Shown here: piece by piece, positions 28,678 to 37,339 of the stretch
Position numbering within the stretch: the first letter of the stretch is position 1
Layout of the letters: every line of letters begins with the position of its first letter
Source of the DNA: Verrucomicrobiia bacterium
Lineage (GTDB): Bacteria; Verrucomicrobiota; Verrucomicrobiia; Chthoniobacterales; Chthoniobacteraceae
Assembly: GCA_040374425.1 (NCBI GenBank)
Contig: JBEIUI010000001.1
Location: forward strand, 2,823 to 66,822
Direction of reading: 5' to 3'
Length of the DNA stretch: 64,000 nt
Position numbers and translations under genes: made by a program
The notes under the pieces: model-generated
What the model saw: the letters and a program-made list of their open reading frames with translations, nothing else
The model's database searches: none
Told to the model about the DNA's origin: nothing

Positions 28678-29823
28678 TCACCTCACCCGCAGCGCGTGAG
28701 AGAGATAATAGAGGCCGCCCAAAGCCACCGCAAAGGAACCATACCGCAACGCGCCCGCCTGAAACGCGCCCTGCCATTGACCACGGCCCAATCGCAACAG
28801 CCCGAAAAGGGGAAGCACGACGCACTGATGCCCCAGTTCCACGCCGAGACTAAAAGCCAGGATCGCCACGCTCATCCCGAGTTTGGGCAGGCCCTGCATG
28901 GCCTCGAGCAGCCCGCCTGCGAACCCCAGCCCGTGGATGAGCCCAAACCCGAAAGCCATCCCCAGACGCAACCCGACTCGGCCGGGCCAGAAAATGTTCT
29001 CCAACGCCACCACCACAATGCTTGCGGCGATCAGCGGCTCCACCACGGATTCGGGCAGACGCACCACATCCAGCGCCGAGAGGGCGAGCGTCAGCGAATG
29101 GGCTGCGGTGAATGCGGCTACCAACCGCACCATTTCCCAGAAGCTCAGCGCGGCCAACACCAGCGCACAAACAAACAGCAGATGGTCGTAGCCGGTGAGG
29201 ATGTGCCATACCCCTTCCAAGAGATACTGGCAAAAAGGCGGGGCGTCGCTTCCCACACCGGCCGCCGCCGCCACGGGAAGTTCGAGGCTCTGGGAGCGCC
29301 TCAGGAGAAAGGCCTCCACGGGCGCTGACGGCCCGCGTTTGAAGCGCACGACATAACTCACATCCCACGGTTGCCCCGGTGTTTCCGAGAGCCCCTCAAG
29401 CATCCGTTGGGAGATCCGGATCGGCTCGGCGACCGCCGGCTCCCAACGGTAGCTCAGCTCGTATTGGTAGAAGGTTTTTTCGCCGTCCCCGAAAACGGAG
29501 GGCTCGGTCAACCGCTCCAATGCTCCTTTCAAAATGCGATCCCCAACGCCGAGGGTCAGATGGTCGAGCACATAAACGCCGTGTTTCCGGGCGGCAACAC
29601 CGAGACTCTCCGGCGAAGCCTCCGCAGGCACCCCTTGGACAGCGGCAATTTCACGCGCCGACACCTGCACCGCCACTTGCGCACGGCCCGGCTCCAGCAG
29701 CAACCAGAGCGGGTTCTGGATCATCGGATGGGCTTGCACCGCCGTTCCTCCGGCCCACAGGGTCAAGAGCAGCAGCCACAGCGGCAAACACGCGCACGCT
29801 GGACGTCGCGGTGGGAAACCCAT
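28678..29823 (-). CDS. HupE/UreJ-family membrane protein with a large N-terminal periplasmic domain
   Basis: The C-terminal half has HILTGYDHLLFVCALVL and AAHSLTLAL, typical of HupE/UreJ. There is a signal-like N-terminus. The start is ATG 29823 or 29850. Confidence 0.7.
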   Translation of the reverse strand: MGFPPRRPACACLPLWLLLLTLWAGGTAVQAHPMIQNPLWLLLEPGRAQVAVQVSAREIAAVQGVPAEASPESLGVAARKHGVYVLDHLTLGVGDRILKGALERLTEPSVFGDGEKTFYQYELSYRWEPAVAEPIRISQRMLEGLSETPGQPWDVSYVVRFKRGPSAPVEAFLLRRSQSLELPVAAAAGVGSDAPPFCQYLLEGVWHILTGYDHLLFVCALVLAALSFWEMVRLVAAFTAAHSLTLALSALDVVRLPESVVEPLIAASIVVVALENIFWPGRVGLRLGMAFGFGLIHGLGFAGGLLEAMQGLPKLGMSVAILAFSLGVELGHQCVVLPLFGLLRLGRGQWQGAFQAGALRYGSFAVALGGLYYLSHALRVR

Positions 29824-29854
29824 GGGCGCGGAGGCAAACCAGACGTCCATGCCG

Positions 29855-30634
29855 TCAGCGCCCCGCCTCCGTGCGGGGCACCACGGCAAGGTAGTTCCTC
29901 ACCTCTTTTCCCTCGGGCAACGACAGCGCGGCTGCGGCTCCCTTCCCCCGCAGCCAAAAACCCGTCGAAGAGCCGCCATCCAAGTTAAGCGCCCGGGTGA
30001 TCCGGCGCCCCGGCCCGGTCAGCCCCGGGGTGACCAGGATCTGAGCCGTCTCCGCCAGTGTGGCGGCATCGCACACCAGCAGACCGAAACGACCGCCATC
30101 TTCTGTAAAAACCACCGTCCGCGCCGCAACCCGATCGGCGTTAAGCCCGGGCACGGGTCTGCCGCCGTCAACGAGGAATGGCCCGGCCTGCAACGCCGCA
30201 GTGAGGGAAGCCGGCCTCTTGAATTCATGAACCCGCACCAGCCCGATCTGCGAGGACGTGGCGTAAACCAGGCCACTGAGCAGACGCGCCTTTTCCATGC
30301 CGTGCAGTTCGCGCCCCTGGCGCACCACCAAACCCAGAGGGGTCCGGTCGGGGTGAAAATAACCGCCGTTGACCGCCGCCAACGCCCCCCGTTTTTGCGC
30401 CGCGGTAGCCAGGGTCCATTCCCCGGTGGGATTGTCCATTACCGCCAAGGTGAACGTTTTGGGGCCAAAAGCCGCCAGATGCACCTCCACCGAGCGCCCC
30501 TCCCGCGAGACCGACCGGCGCAGCCCCTCAATCCCTTCCGCCGCTTCCAGCCGCGCCCCATGCCCCAGAGTCCACTGCGCCGACGCACCAAGGCAAAGGC
30601 CGAGAAGACACAATAGCGCGAGCAGGGTTTTCAT
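29855..30634 (-). CDS. Phosphodiester glycosidase family (DUF2233) secreted protein
   Basis: Signal peptide MKTLLALLCLLGLCLGASA. Motifs AVNGGYF and ALNLDGGSSTG. Confidence 0.75.
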   Translation of the reverse strand: MKTLLALLCLLGLCLGASAQWTLGHGARLEAAEGIEGLRRSVSREGRSVEVHLAAFGPKTFTLAVMDNPTGEWTLATAAQKRGALAAVNGGYFHPDRTPLGLVVRQGRELHGMEKARLLSGLVYATSSQIGLVRVHEFKRPASLTAALQAGPFLVDGGRPVPGLNADRVAARTVVFTEDGGRFGLLVCDAATLAETAQILVTPGLTGPGRRITRALNLDGGSSTGFWLRGKGAAAALSLPEGKEVRNYLAVVPRTEAGR

Positions 30635-30799
30635 CCCCCAAAAACAAACGAAACCCGGCCCCCGCTGGCAGCAACAAAATCGGGAAAAACGCGGGGAAAC
30701 GCTCGGCCATGCACCTTCCGCAATAGGCGCCGCCAACACACCGGCGAGGTCGTGGACGGGAACGAGTCGCGGCATCGGCGACCGATTTCCACATGCCGG

Positions 30800-31747
30800 T
30801 CAGGGTTTGACGCCCGTCGCCAGCAGGGTTTGGAACTGGGGATTCTGATCGTCGCGCGCCACCACGGAGACTTCCACCGAACGGAACCCGGCGTCCTCAA
30901 GAAAATGATGGAGATCCGCCTCGGTGAACCCGAGCCAGATGTCGGCATAGAGTTCCCGGGCTTTTTCGAACTGATGCTGGAGCAGGTCGAGCACCGCGAG
31001 GCGGCCCCCGGGCTTGAGGATCCGGTAAGCGGCCATAACGGCCCGCGCGGGGCTTGCGGCGTGATGCAGGGCCTGGCTGAGCACGGCCAGATCCACCGAC
31101 TCCGGCTCGATCGGCGGCTCCTCAATGTCGCCCAAGCGGTAATCCAAATTCTTGATCCCGTGTTTTTTGGCCAGCTCTTCGCCGAACTCCACCATCTTCT
31201 CGGAGTTATCCACGGCAATCACCCGCTTGGCGCGCTTAGCCAGGAGCTGCGCCAAGGTGCCCTCGCCCGCGCCCAGATCCGCGATCGTGCATTCCGGCAC
31301 CAGCAAAAGGAGCATGTGCGCGAGGCCGTTCCAAGTGCGGCCCGGACAGTAGGTCCGTCCAAATTTGCCGGCCAACTCGTTGAAATACTCGCGCGCCATG
31401 TCCTGGCGGTTGCGCAGCAGCAATGCCAAGGCCTTGGCGTCACGCTCCGTCTCGGCAATCTCGCCCGCGCCGGCGGAAATAATCGGTGCCAGATCTTTCA
31501 GCACAGGATCCTGGGCTAGGGCATAATAAATGTTCTTCCCAGCACGTCGGTCCTGCAGCAGGCCCGCCCGCCGCAGTTGGGCGAGGTGACTTGAGATGCG
31601 GGACTGGCCCATACCGAGGACTTCCTGAAGCTCCACCACGGAGAGCTCTTCTTTCTGTAAAAGCAGCAGGAGGCGCAACCGGGTTTCATCGGCGATGAGG
31701 CGGAGGGAATTTAAGATTGACGCCATGGGATCCGCCGTGGGATACAT
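30800..31747 (-). CDS. ArsR-type HTH fused to a SAM-dependent-methyltransferase-like domain (SahR-like regulator)
   Basis: N-terminal LRLIADETRLRLLLLLQKEELSVVELQEVLGMGQSRISSHLAQL (ArsR wHTH). C-terminal motif I IADLGAGEGTL plus VIAVDNSEKM. It is divergent from metK. The start is uncertain (TTG 31768, ATG 31747 or ATG 31726). Confidence 0.8.
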   Translation of the reverse strand: MYPTADPMASILNSLRLIADETRLRLLLLLQKEELSVVELQEVLGMGQSRISSHLAQLRRAGLLQDRRAGKNIYYALAQDPVLKDLAPIISAGAGEIAETERDAKALALLLRNRQDMAREYFNELAGKFGRTYCPGRTWNGLAHMLLLLVPECTIADLGAGEGTLAQLLAKRAKRVIAVDNSEKMVEFGEELAKKHGIKNLDYRLGDIEEPPIEPESVDLAVLSQALHHAASPARAVMAAYRILKPGGRLAVLDLLQHQFEKARELYADIWLGFTEADLHHFLEDAGFRSVEVSVVARDDQNPQFQTLLATGVKP

Positions 31748-31845
31748 CACCGCATCATGATTGGTCAATACATTCGCCGATCTGAAAAACCCCTCTCATT
31801 TCTCGGAATCCTCGCAGTTTCAATCCTCTAACCTCTCCCTCTCTC

Positions 31846-33018
31846 ATGGCTCGTCGTTTCATTTTCTCCTCTGAATCTGTCGGTGAAGGTCATCCCGACA
31901 AAGTCTGCGACACGATTTCCGATGCGGTGCTGGACGCATGCTTGGACCAAGATCCCAAGAGCCGGGTGGCCTGTGAGACCTACGCAAAGAGCAACATGGT
32001 CGTTGTAGGCGGCGAGATCACCACCTCGGCCAAGCTCGATTACGTGCAACTCGTGCGCAGCGCAGTCCGCGAGATCGGCTACGTGCATGACGACGACGTA
32101 TTCCACGCCGACAAGATTTTCGTGATGAACATCATCACCGCACAATCGCCCGACATCGCCCAAGGCGTGGACGAGGCGGCCGCAGATGGCAAAGCCACAG
32201 CCGAACAGGGAGCGGGAGACCAGGGTTTGATGTTCGGATACGCGTGCTCGGAGACGCCGGAGCTGATGCCCGCGCCGGTGATGTTTGCGCACCGGTTGGG
32301 GCGCGAGCTCACACGGATCCGTAAGAGCGGTCAGGTAGCGTGGCTGCGACCGGACGCGAAGAGTCAGGTGTCGGTGATCTACGAGGGCGACCGCGTGATA
32401 GGGATCTCCAACGTGGTCATCTCCACTCAGCACGCCGAGGACGTGAAGAACAGCGAGATCCGCGACTTCCTCATCAGCGAAGTGATTCGCAAGGAGCTGC
32501 CCACAGAGCTGCTGACCAACGAGACCGAATTCCTGATCAACCCGACGGGCAGATTTGTGGTGGGCGGTCCCCAGGGCGACACCGGGCTGACCGGGCGCAA
32601 GATCATCGTGGACACGTATGGAGGGATGGGACGGCACGGGGGTGGGGCGTTCTCGGGCAAAGACCCCTCGAAAGTGGACCGCAGCGCGGCCTACATGGGG
32701 CGGTATGTGGCGAAGAACGTTGTGGCGGCCGGACTGGCCGCCCGGTGCGAAGTGCAGTTTGCGTATGCGATCGGCCATCCACAACCCGTGAGCGTGCATA
32801 TCGACACGTTTGGCACCCACACGGTGACCGAGGAGAAGATTGAGAACGCCGTGAAAGCCGTGTTCAGCTTCAAGCCGGCCGACATCGTTCGGCAGCTGGA
32901 CCTGCTGCGCCCGATTTACTCGAAGACAACCAACTACGGCCACTTTGGCAAGGCCGACCCCGACATCACTTGGGAGCGCACGGACAAAGCCGAGGCGCTC
33001 CAAGCCGCAGCCCGTTAA
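31846..33018 (+). CDS. metK: S-adenosylmethionine synthase
   Basis: [44 protein letters not shown]. Confidence 0.97.
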   Translation: MARRFIFSSESVGEGHPDKVCDTISDAVLDACLDQDPKSRVACETYAKSNMVVVGGEITTSAKLDYVQLVRSAVREIGYVHDDDVFHADKIFVMNIITAQSPDIAQGVDEAAADGKATAEQGAGDQGLMFGYACSETPELMPAPVMFAHRLGRELTRIRKSGQVAWLRPDAKSQVSVIYEGDRVIGISNVVISTQHAEDVKNSEIRDFLISEVIRKELPTELLTNETEFLINPTGRFVVGGPQGDTGLTGRKIIVDTYGGMGRHGGGAFSGKDPSKVDRSAAYMGRYVAKNVVAAGLAARCEVQFAYAIGHPQPVSVHIDTFGTHTVTEEKIENAVKAVFSFKPADIVRQLDLLRPIYSKTTNYGHFGKADPDITWERTDKAEALQAAAR

Positions 33019-33044
33019 CACCGCAGCTTCAAAACCATCCATCT

Positions 33045-34478
33045 ATGAGCATAGCAACCCTTCACGCATCTCCGACCCACGACTTCAAAGTGGCTGATAT
33101 CAGCCTCGCCGATTGGGGCCGCAAAGAAATCACCATCGCCGAGCAGGAAATGCCCGGACTGATGTCGATCCGCCAGAAATACGCCGCCTCAAAGCCTTTG
33201 GCCGGCGTGCGCATCACCGGGTCCCTGCACATGACCATCCAGACAGCGGTGCTCATCGAGACGCTGGTGGACCTCGGCGCGAGTGTGCGCTGGGCGAGCT
33301 GCAACATTTTCTCCACGCAAGACCACGCCGCGGCGGCGATCGCTGCGGCGGGCGTGCCCGTGTTTGCGTGGAAAGGCGAGACCCTCGAGGAATACTGGTG
33401 GTGCACCTACCAGGCCGTCATGCATCCCGGCGGCAAAGGCCCGCAGCTCGTCGTGGACGACGGCGGCGACGTGACGCTGCTCCTGCACAAGGGCTGCGAG
33501 CTCGAGGAAGGCGACACCTGGGTTGAGACCCCCAGCGAAGGCCACGAGGAGGCGGTGATCAAAAACCTGCTCAAGGAGTTGCACGCCGAAAACCCCCTCC
33601 TCTGGAGCCCGCTCGTCAAGGAATGGCGCGGGGTTTCCGAGGAAACCACCACGGGCGTGCATCGCCTCTACAAGCTGCACGAGGCCGGCAAACTGCGCGT
33701 CCCCGCCTTCAACGTCAACGACTCGGTCACCAAGTCCAAGTTCGACAACCTCTACGGCTGCCGCCACTCCCTGGTGGACGGACTCAACCGCGCGCTCGAC
33801 GTCATGATCTCCGGCAAGGTGGCCGTGGTCATCGGATACGGCGACGTGGGCAAGGGCTGCGCGCAGTCGCTGCGCGGCCAGGGGGCCCGGGTCATCGTCA
33901 CCGAGATCGACCCCATCAACGCCCTCCAGGCCGCCATGGAAGGCTACGAAGTCACCACGCTGGAGGACACCCTCGGCCGGGGCGACATCTACGTCACCAC
34001 CACGGGCAACGTGGACGTGATCACCATCGAGCACCTCTCCCACATGAAAGACCAGGCCGTGGTGGCCAACATCGGCCATTTCGACAACGAGATCCAGGTC
34101 GACAAACTCAACAACTTTACCGGCATCCAACGCATCAACATCAAGCCCCAGGTGGACAAGTACCGGTTCCCGGATGGACGCGAGATCTTCCTGCTGGCCG
34201 AGGGACGTCTGGTGAATCTGGGCTGCGCCACCGGGCACCCGTCCTTTGTGATGAGCAACAGCTTTGCCAACCAGACCCTCGCTCAGCTTGATCTCTGGAA
34301 GAACAAAGACCTCTACAAGCCAGCTGTCTACGTTCTGCCTAAGAAACTCGACGAGGAAGTGGCTCGGTTGCACCTCGAAAAAATCGGGGTGAAACTCACC
34401 AAACTCACCCAGCGCCAGGCCGAATACATCGGCGTGCCGGTGGAAGGGCCCTACAAGCCCGAGCATTACCGATACTAA
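33045..34478 (+). CDS. ahcY: Adenosylhomocysteinase
   Basis: [17 protein letters not shown], the NAD site [12 protein letters not shown], and a C-terminal YKPEHYRY. It lies 26 bp downstream of metK. Confidence 0.97.
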   Translation: MSIATLHASPTHDFKVADISLADWGRKEITIAEQEMPGLMSIRQKYAASKPLAGVRITGSLHMTIQTAVLIETLVDLGASVRWASCNIFSTQDHAAAAIAAAGVPVFAWKGETLEEYWWCTYQAVMHPGGKGPQLVVDDGGDVTLLLHKGCELEEGDTWVETPSEGHEEAVIKNLLKELHAENPLLWSPLVKEWRGVSEETTTGVHRLYKLHEAGKLRVPAFNVNDSVTKSKFDNLYGCRHSLVDGLNRALDVMISGKVAVVIGYGDVGKGCAQSLRGQGARVIVTEIDPINALQAAMEGYEVTTLEDTLGRGDIYVTTTGNVDVITIEHLSHMKDQAVVANIGHFDNEIQVDKLNNFTGIQRINIKPQVDKYRFPDGREIFLLAEGRLVNLGCATGHPSFVMSNSFANQTLAQLDLWKNKDLYKPAVYVLPKKLDEEVARLHLEKIGVKLTKLTQRQAEYIGVPVEGPYKPEHYRY

Positions 34479-34520
34479 GAACGGCTCTCGCCGGTCCCGG
34501 GCGGTTTATTGATTAAAAAA

Positions 34521-34550
34521 GGCGCACCTCCGGGTGCGCCTTTCCTTTTT
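34521..34550 (+). terminator. Rho-independent terminator after ahcY
   Basis: ggcgcacc-tccg-ggtgcgcc forms a perfect 8-bp GC stem followed by TTTCCTTTTT. Confidence 0.8.
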
Positions 34551-34638
34551 CGCGTACCCGGGCCGATTTTCACGCCCCGAACAGGCCTCTATCACCCGCC
34601 GCGGCGCGACTCCTGCTTCTCTCACAGGAATTGATTTG

Positions 34639-37203
34639 ATGATTCATCCCTCCGCTCACCCCGCAGATCCCCGCGCAGAAAAAAAGAGGCTCGCGGCGCT
34701 CTCATCACTCCAGATTCTCGACACCCCCCGCGAAGAGCGTTTCGACCGGATCACGCGGATGGCTGCGCGGCTGCTGGGAATGCCCATCGCACAAATCACC
34801 TTTGTCGACGCCGAACGCCAATGGGTGAAGTCCAGTTTCGGAGTCGAAACGGCCCAGACCCCGCGCGCCGCCTCAATGTGTGCCCATGCGATTCTCGGCG
34901 AGGACACGTTTGTGGTTTGCGACACGGCGGCGGACCCCCGTTTTTCAGGAAACCAGGTAGTTTTGGGGAAAGGGCCGGTGCGCTTTTACGCCGCGCACCC
35001 GCTCAAGACCCTCGAAGGCCAAAGGGTCGGAGTTCTGTGCGTGAAGGACCACCAGCCGCGGGAGTTCAGCGCGGACTGGGCGGCGGTTTTGAAAGATCTA
35101 GCCGGGCTCGCGGAGGACGAACTCAACTCGATCGACCTGCAGGACGCCCTGCGGCGCCTCGCGGAAAGCGACCAAGCCTGGCGTGAGGAACGCCAGGCGT
35201 TTGAGGCGTTTATGAACAACAGCCCCAGCGTGGTGTTCATCAAGGATCATCAAAGCCGCAACCTTTTCATGAACCGGCGGGGGGAGGAACTCTTCGGCGT
35301 GAGTTCCGCGCTCCTGCACGGGAAACGCGATGACGAATGGCTGCCCCCGCAGATCGCTGCCGCCACCATGGAACACGACCGTATCGTATTTGCCTCGGGC
35401 CACATGAACGAGGTCATCGAGTCTATGCCGGGCGAAGACGGCCGACTCCGGCAATGGCTGGTCCTCCGATTCCCGATCCAGCGCCAGTCGGGCGACCGGA
35501 TTCTTGGGGGAATCGCCGTGGATATCACCGCCCGGATCGAGGCGGAACATGCGCTCAACGACATCAGCACCCTTCAACGCGCCATCCTCGACAGCGCCAA
35601 CTGCACGATCATCTCCACTGACGCCCAGGGCCGGGTGCGCACATTCAACTCCACCGCCGAGCAATGGCTGGGCTACCCCGCCCAGGAAGTAATCGGCAAA
35701 GCCCGTCTCACCGATTTTCACGATCCCTCGGAGATCGCTTGGCGCTCCCGGGTTCTAAGCGCACAGGGAGGCTCCCCCCTGGAACCCGGGTTTGAGACCC
35801 TCGTCGCGGGTGCCGCCTCGGCCCAGGTATCGGAGGGCGAATGGACCTACGTGCGCAAGGACGGGAGCCGTTTTCCGGTGATGCTTTCCGTCACCTCCCT
35901 GCGCGACGCCAAGGGCGAGATCACCGGTTTCCTTGGGATCGCCCGCGACGTCACCATCCGCAAACAGGCGGAGGAAGCCATGCGTCGAGCCAAGGAGGAG
36001 GCCGAGCATGCCAACCGGGCCAAGTCGCAGTTCTTAGCCAACATGAGCCACGAGGTTCGTACGCCCCTCAACGGAATCATCGGCGTCAACGCGATGCTCC
36101 TGGAAACGCCACTCACCCCCGAGCAACTCACCCTGGCCAACACCGTCCAATCCAGCGCTCATTCGCTGCTGACCATCGTCAACGACATCCTGGATTTCTC
36201 GAAAGTCGAAGCGGGCCACATGGAAATGGAGTCGAGCGATTTTGTGCTCTCGGAGCTGCTGCGGAGCGTCGTCCAACTCAACACCGCCCGGGCGGTGTCC
36301 AAACAACTCAGCCTCGTGCCCCTGCTCTCGCCGGAGGTGCCCGGCGTCCTCTGCGGAGACTCCGGTCGCCTGCGCCAGGTGCTCAACAACCTCGTCGGCA
36401 ACGCCATCAAGTTTTCCGAAAAAAGCCAGATCCAGATCAGTGTGAACGCTGCCCAATGGCTCGCCACGGGGATCCTTCTCAAGTTCTCTGTCACCGATGA
36501 AGGCGTCGGGATCCCTCTGGAGGCACAGTCCCGGGTTTTTGATCCGTTCGCGCAGGCCGACGCATCAACGACCCGCCAGTCCGGGGGCACCGGCCTTGGG
36601 TTGTCGATTTCCAAGCAGCTCGTCGGACTCATGGGGGGCGAGATCGGCCTCAGGAGCATCCCCGGCAAAGGCTCCACCTTCTGGTTCACCGCGCACTTCG
36701 GAAAAGCCACAGCCAGCCTCACCGCGCAACCCACGCAGGCGGCCTCGGAGGGATCCCTGCTCCGGGAAACGCGCCCGGTGCGCGTGTTACTGGCCGAGGA
36801 CAGCGAAGTCAACCGCATGGTGGCCGTCCATCAGCTCCAGAAAATGGGCTACGAGGTGGAGTCGGTTGAGAACGGGCAAGCGGCGCTCGAGGCCTTGGAA
36901 CGAGCACCATTCGAAGTGGTCCTCATGGACTGCCAGATGCCGGTCATGGACGGATACACGGCCACCGCCGAGATCCGCAAGCGGGAGGGCGCTGAACGCC
37001 GCACCTACATCGTGGCGCTCACGGCGAACGCCATGAAAGGCGAACGCGAGAAATGCATCGGAATGGGCATGGACGACTACCTCAGTAAACCCTTCCAGCG
37101 CAAAGAACTCAGCGACATCATGAGCCGCGCACTGGTAATCCGCGGCAAGCTCAGCGGAACCCCAAGCGCGAGTGCCACGTCTCCTCAGCCGTCTCGGGTT
37201 TAG
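34639..37203 (+). CDS. Hybrid sensor histidine kinase (GAF, two PAS, HisKA, HATPase_c, receiver)
   Basis: H-box MSHEVRTPLNGIIG, G-boxes DEGVGI and GGTGLGLSI, receiver VLLAEDSEVNR...VLMDCQMPVMDG. ATG 34639 (MIHPSAH) is preferred. Confidence 0.85.
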   Translation: MIHPSAHPADPRAEKKRLAALSSLQILDTPREERFDRITRMAARLLGMPIAQITFVDAERQWVKSSFGVETAQTPRAASMCAHAILGEDTFVVCDTAADPRFSGNQVVLGKGPVRFYAAHPLKTLEGQRVGVLCVKDHQPREFSADWAAVLKDLAGLAEDELNSIDLQDALRRLAESDQAWREERQAFEAFMNNSPSVVFIKDHQSRNLFMNRRGEELFGVSSALLHGKRDDEWLPPQIAAATMEHDRIVFASGHMNEVIESMPGEDGRLRQWLVLRFPIQRQSGDRILGGIAVDITARIEAEHALNDISTLQRAILDSANCTIISTDAQGRVRTFNSTAEQWLGYPAQEVIGKARLTDFHDPSEIAWRSRVLSAQGGSPLEPGFETLVAGAASAQVSEGEWTYVRKDGSRFPVMLSVTSLRDAKGEITGFLGIARDVTIRKQAEEAMRRAKEEAEHANRAKSQFLANMSHEVRTPLNGIIGVNAMLLETPLTPEQLTLANTVQSSAHSLLTIVNDILDFSKVEAGHMEMESSDFVLSELLRSVVQLNTARAVSKQLSLVPLLSPEVPGVLCGDSGRLRQVLNNLVGNAIKFSEKSQIQISVNAAQWLATGILLKFSVTDEGVGIPLEAQSRVFDPFAQADASTTRQSGGTGLGLSISKQLVGLMGGEIGLRSIPGKGSTFWFTAHFGKATASLTAQPTQAASEGSLLRETRPVRVLLAEDSEVNRMVAVHQLQKMGYEVESVENGQAALEALERAPFEVVLMDCQMPVMDGYTATAEIRKREGAERRTYIVALTANAMKGEREKCIGMGMDDYLSKPFQRKELSDIMSRALVIRGKLSGTPSASATSPQPSRV

Positions 37204-37339
37204 CCACCGCCCCCCAGCCGCACCTTCCCCTTGAGCCGCGGCAGTTGGGTGTACCCGCAAAAACTCGAAGATCACAAAGGGATCTTGGCTCAGAAATTCT
37301 TTACGGTCCCGGCGTTCTCCGGGGTGGCTGATTCAGGGG

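Noticed and set aside
31769-31845. A SAM or SAH riboswitch upstream of metK (and in the 26-bp metK-ahcY spacer at 33019..33044).
   Set aside because: The leaders are too short for any known SAM/SAH riboswitch class, and no conserved helices are visible.
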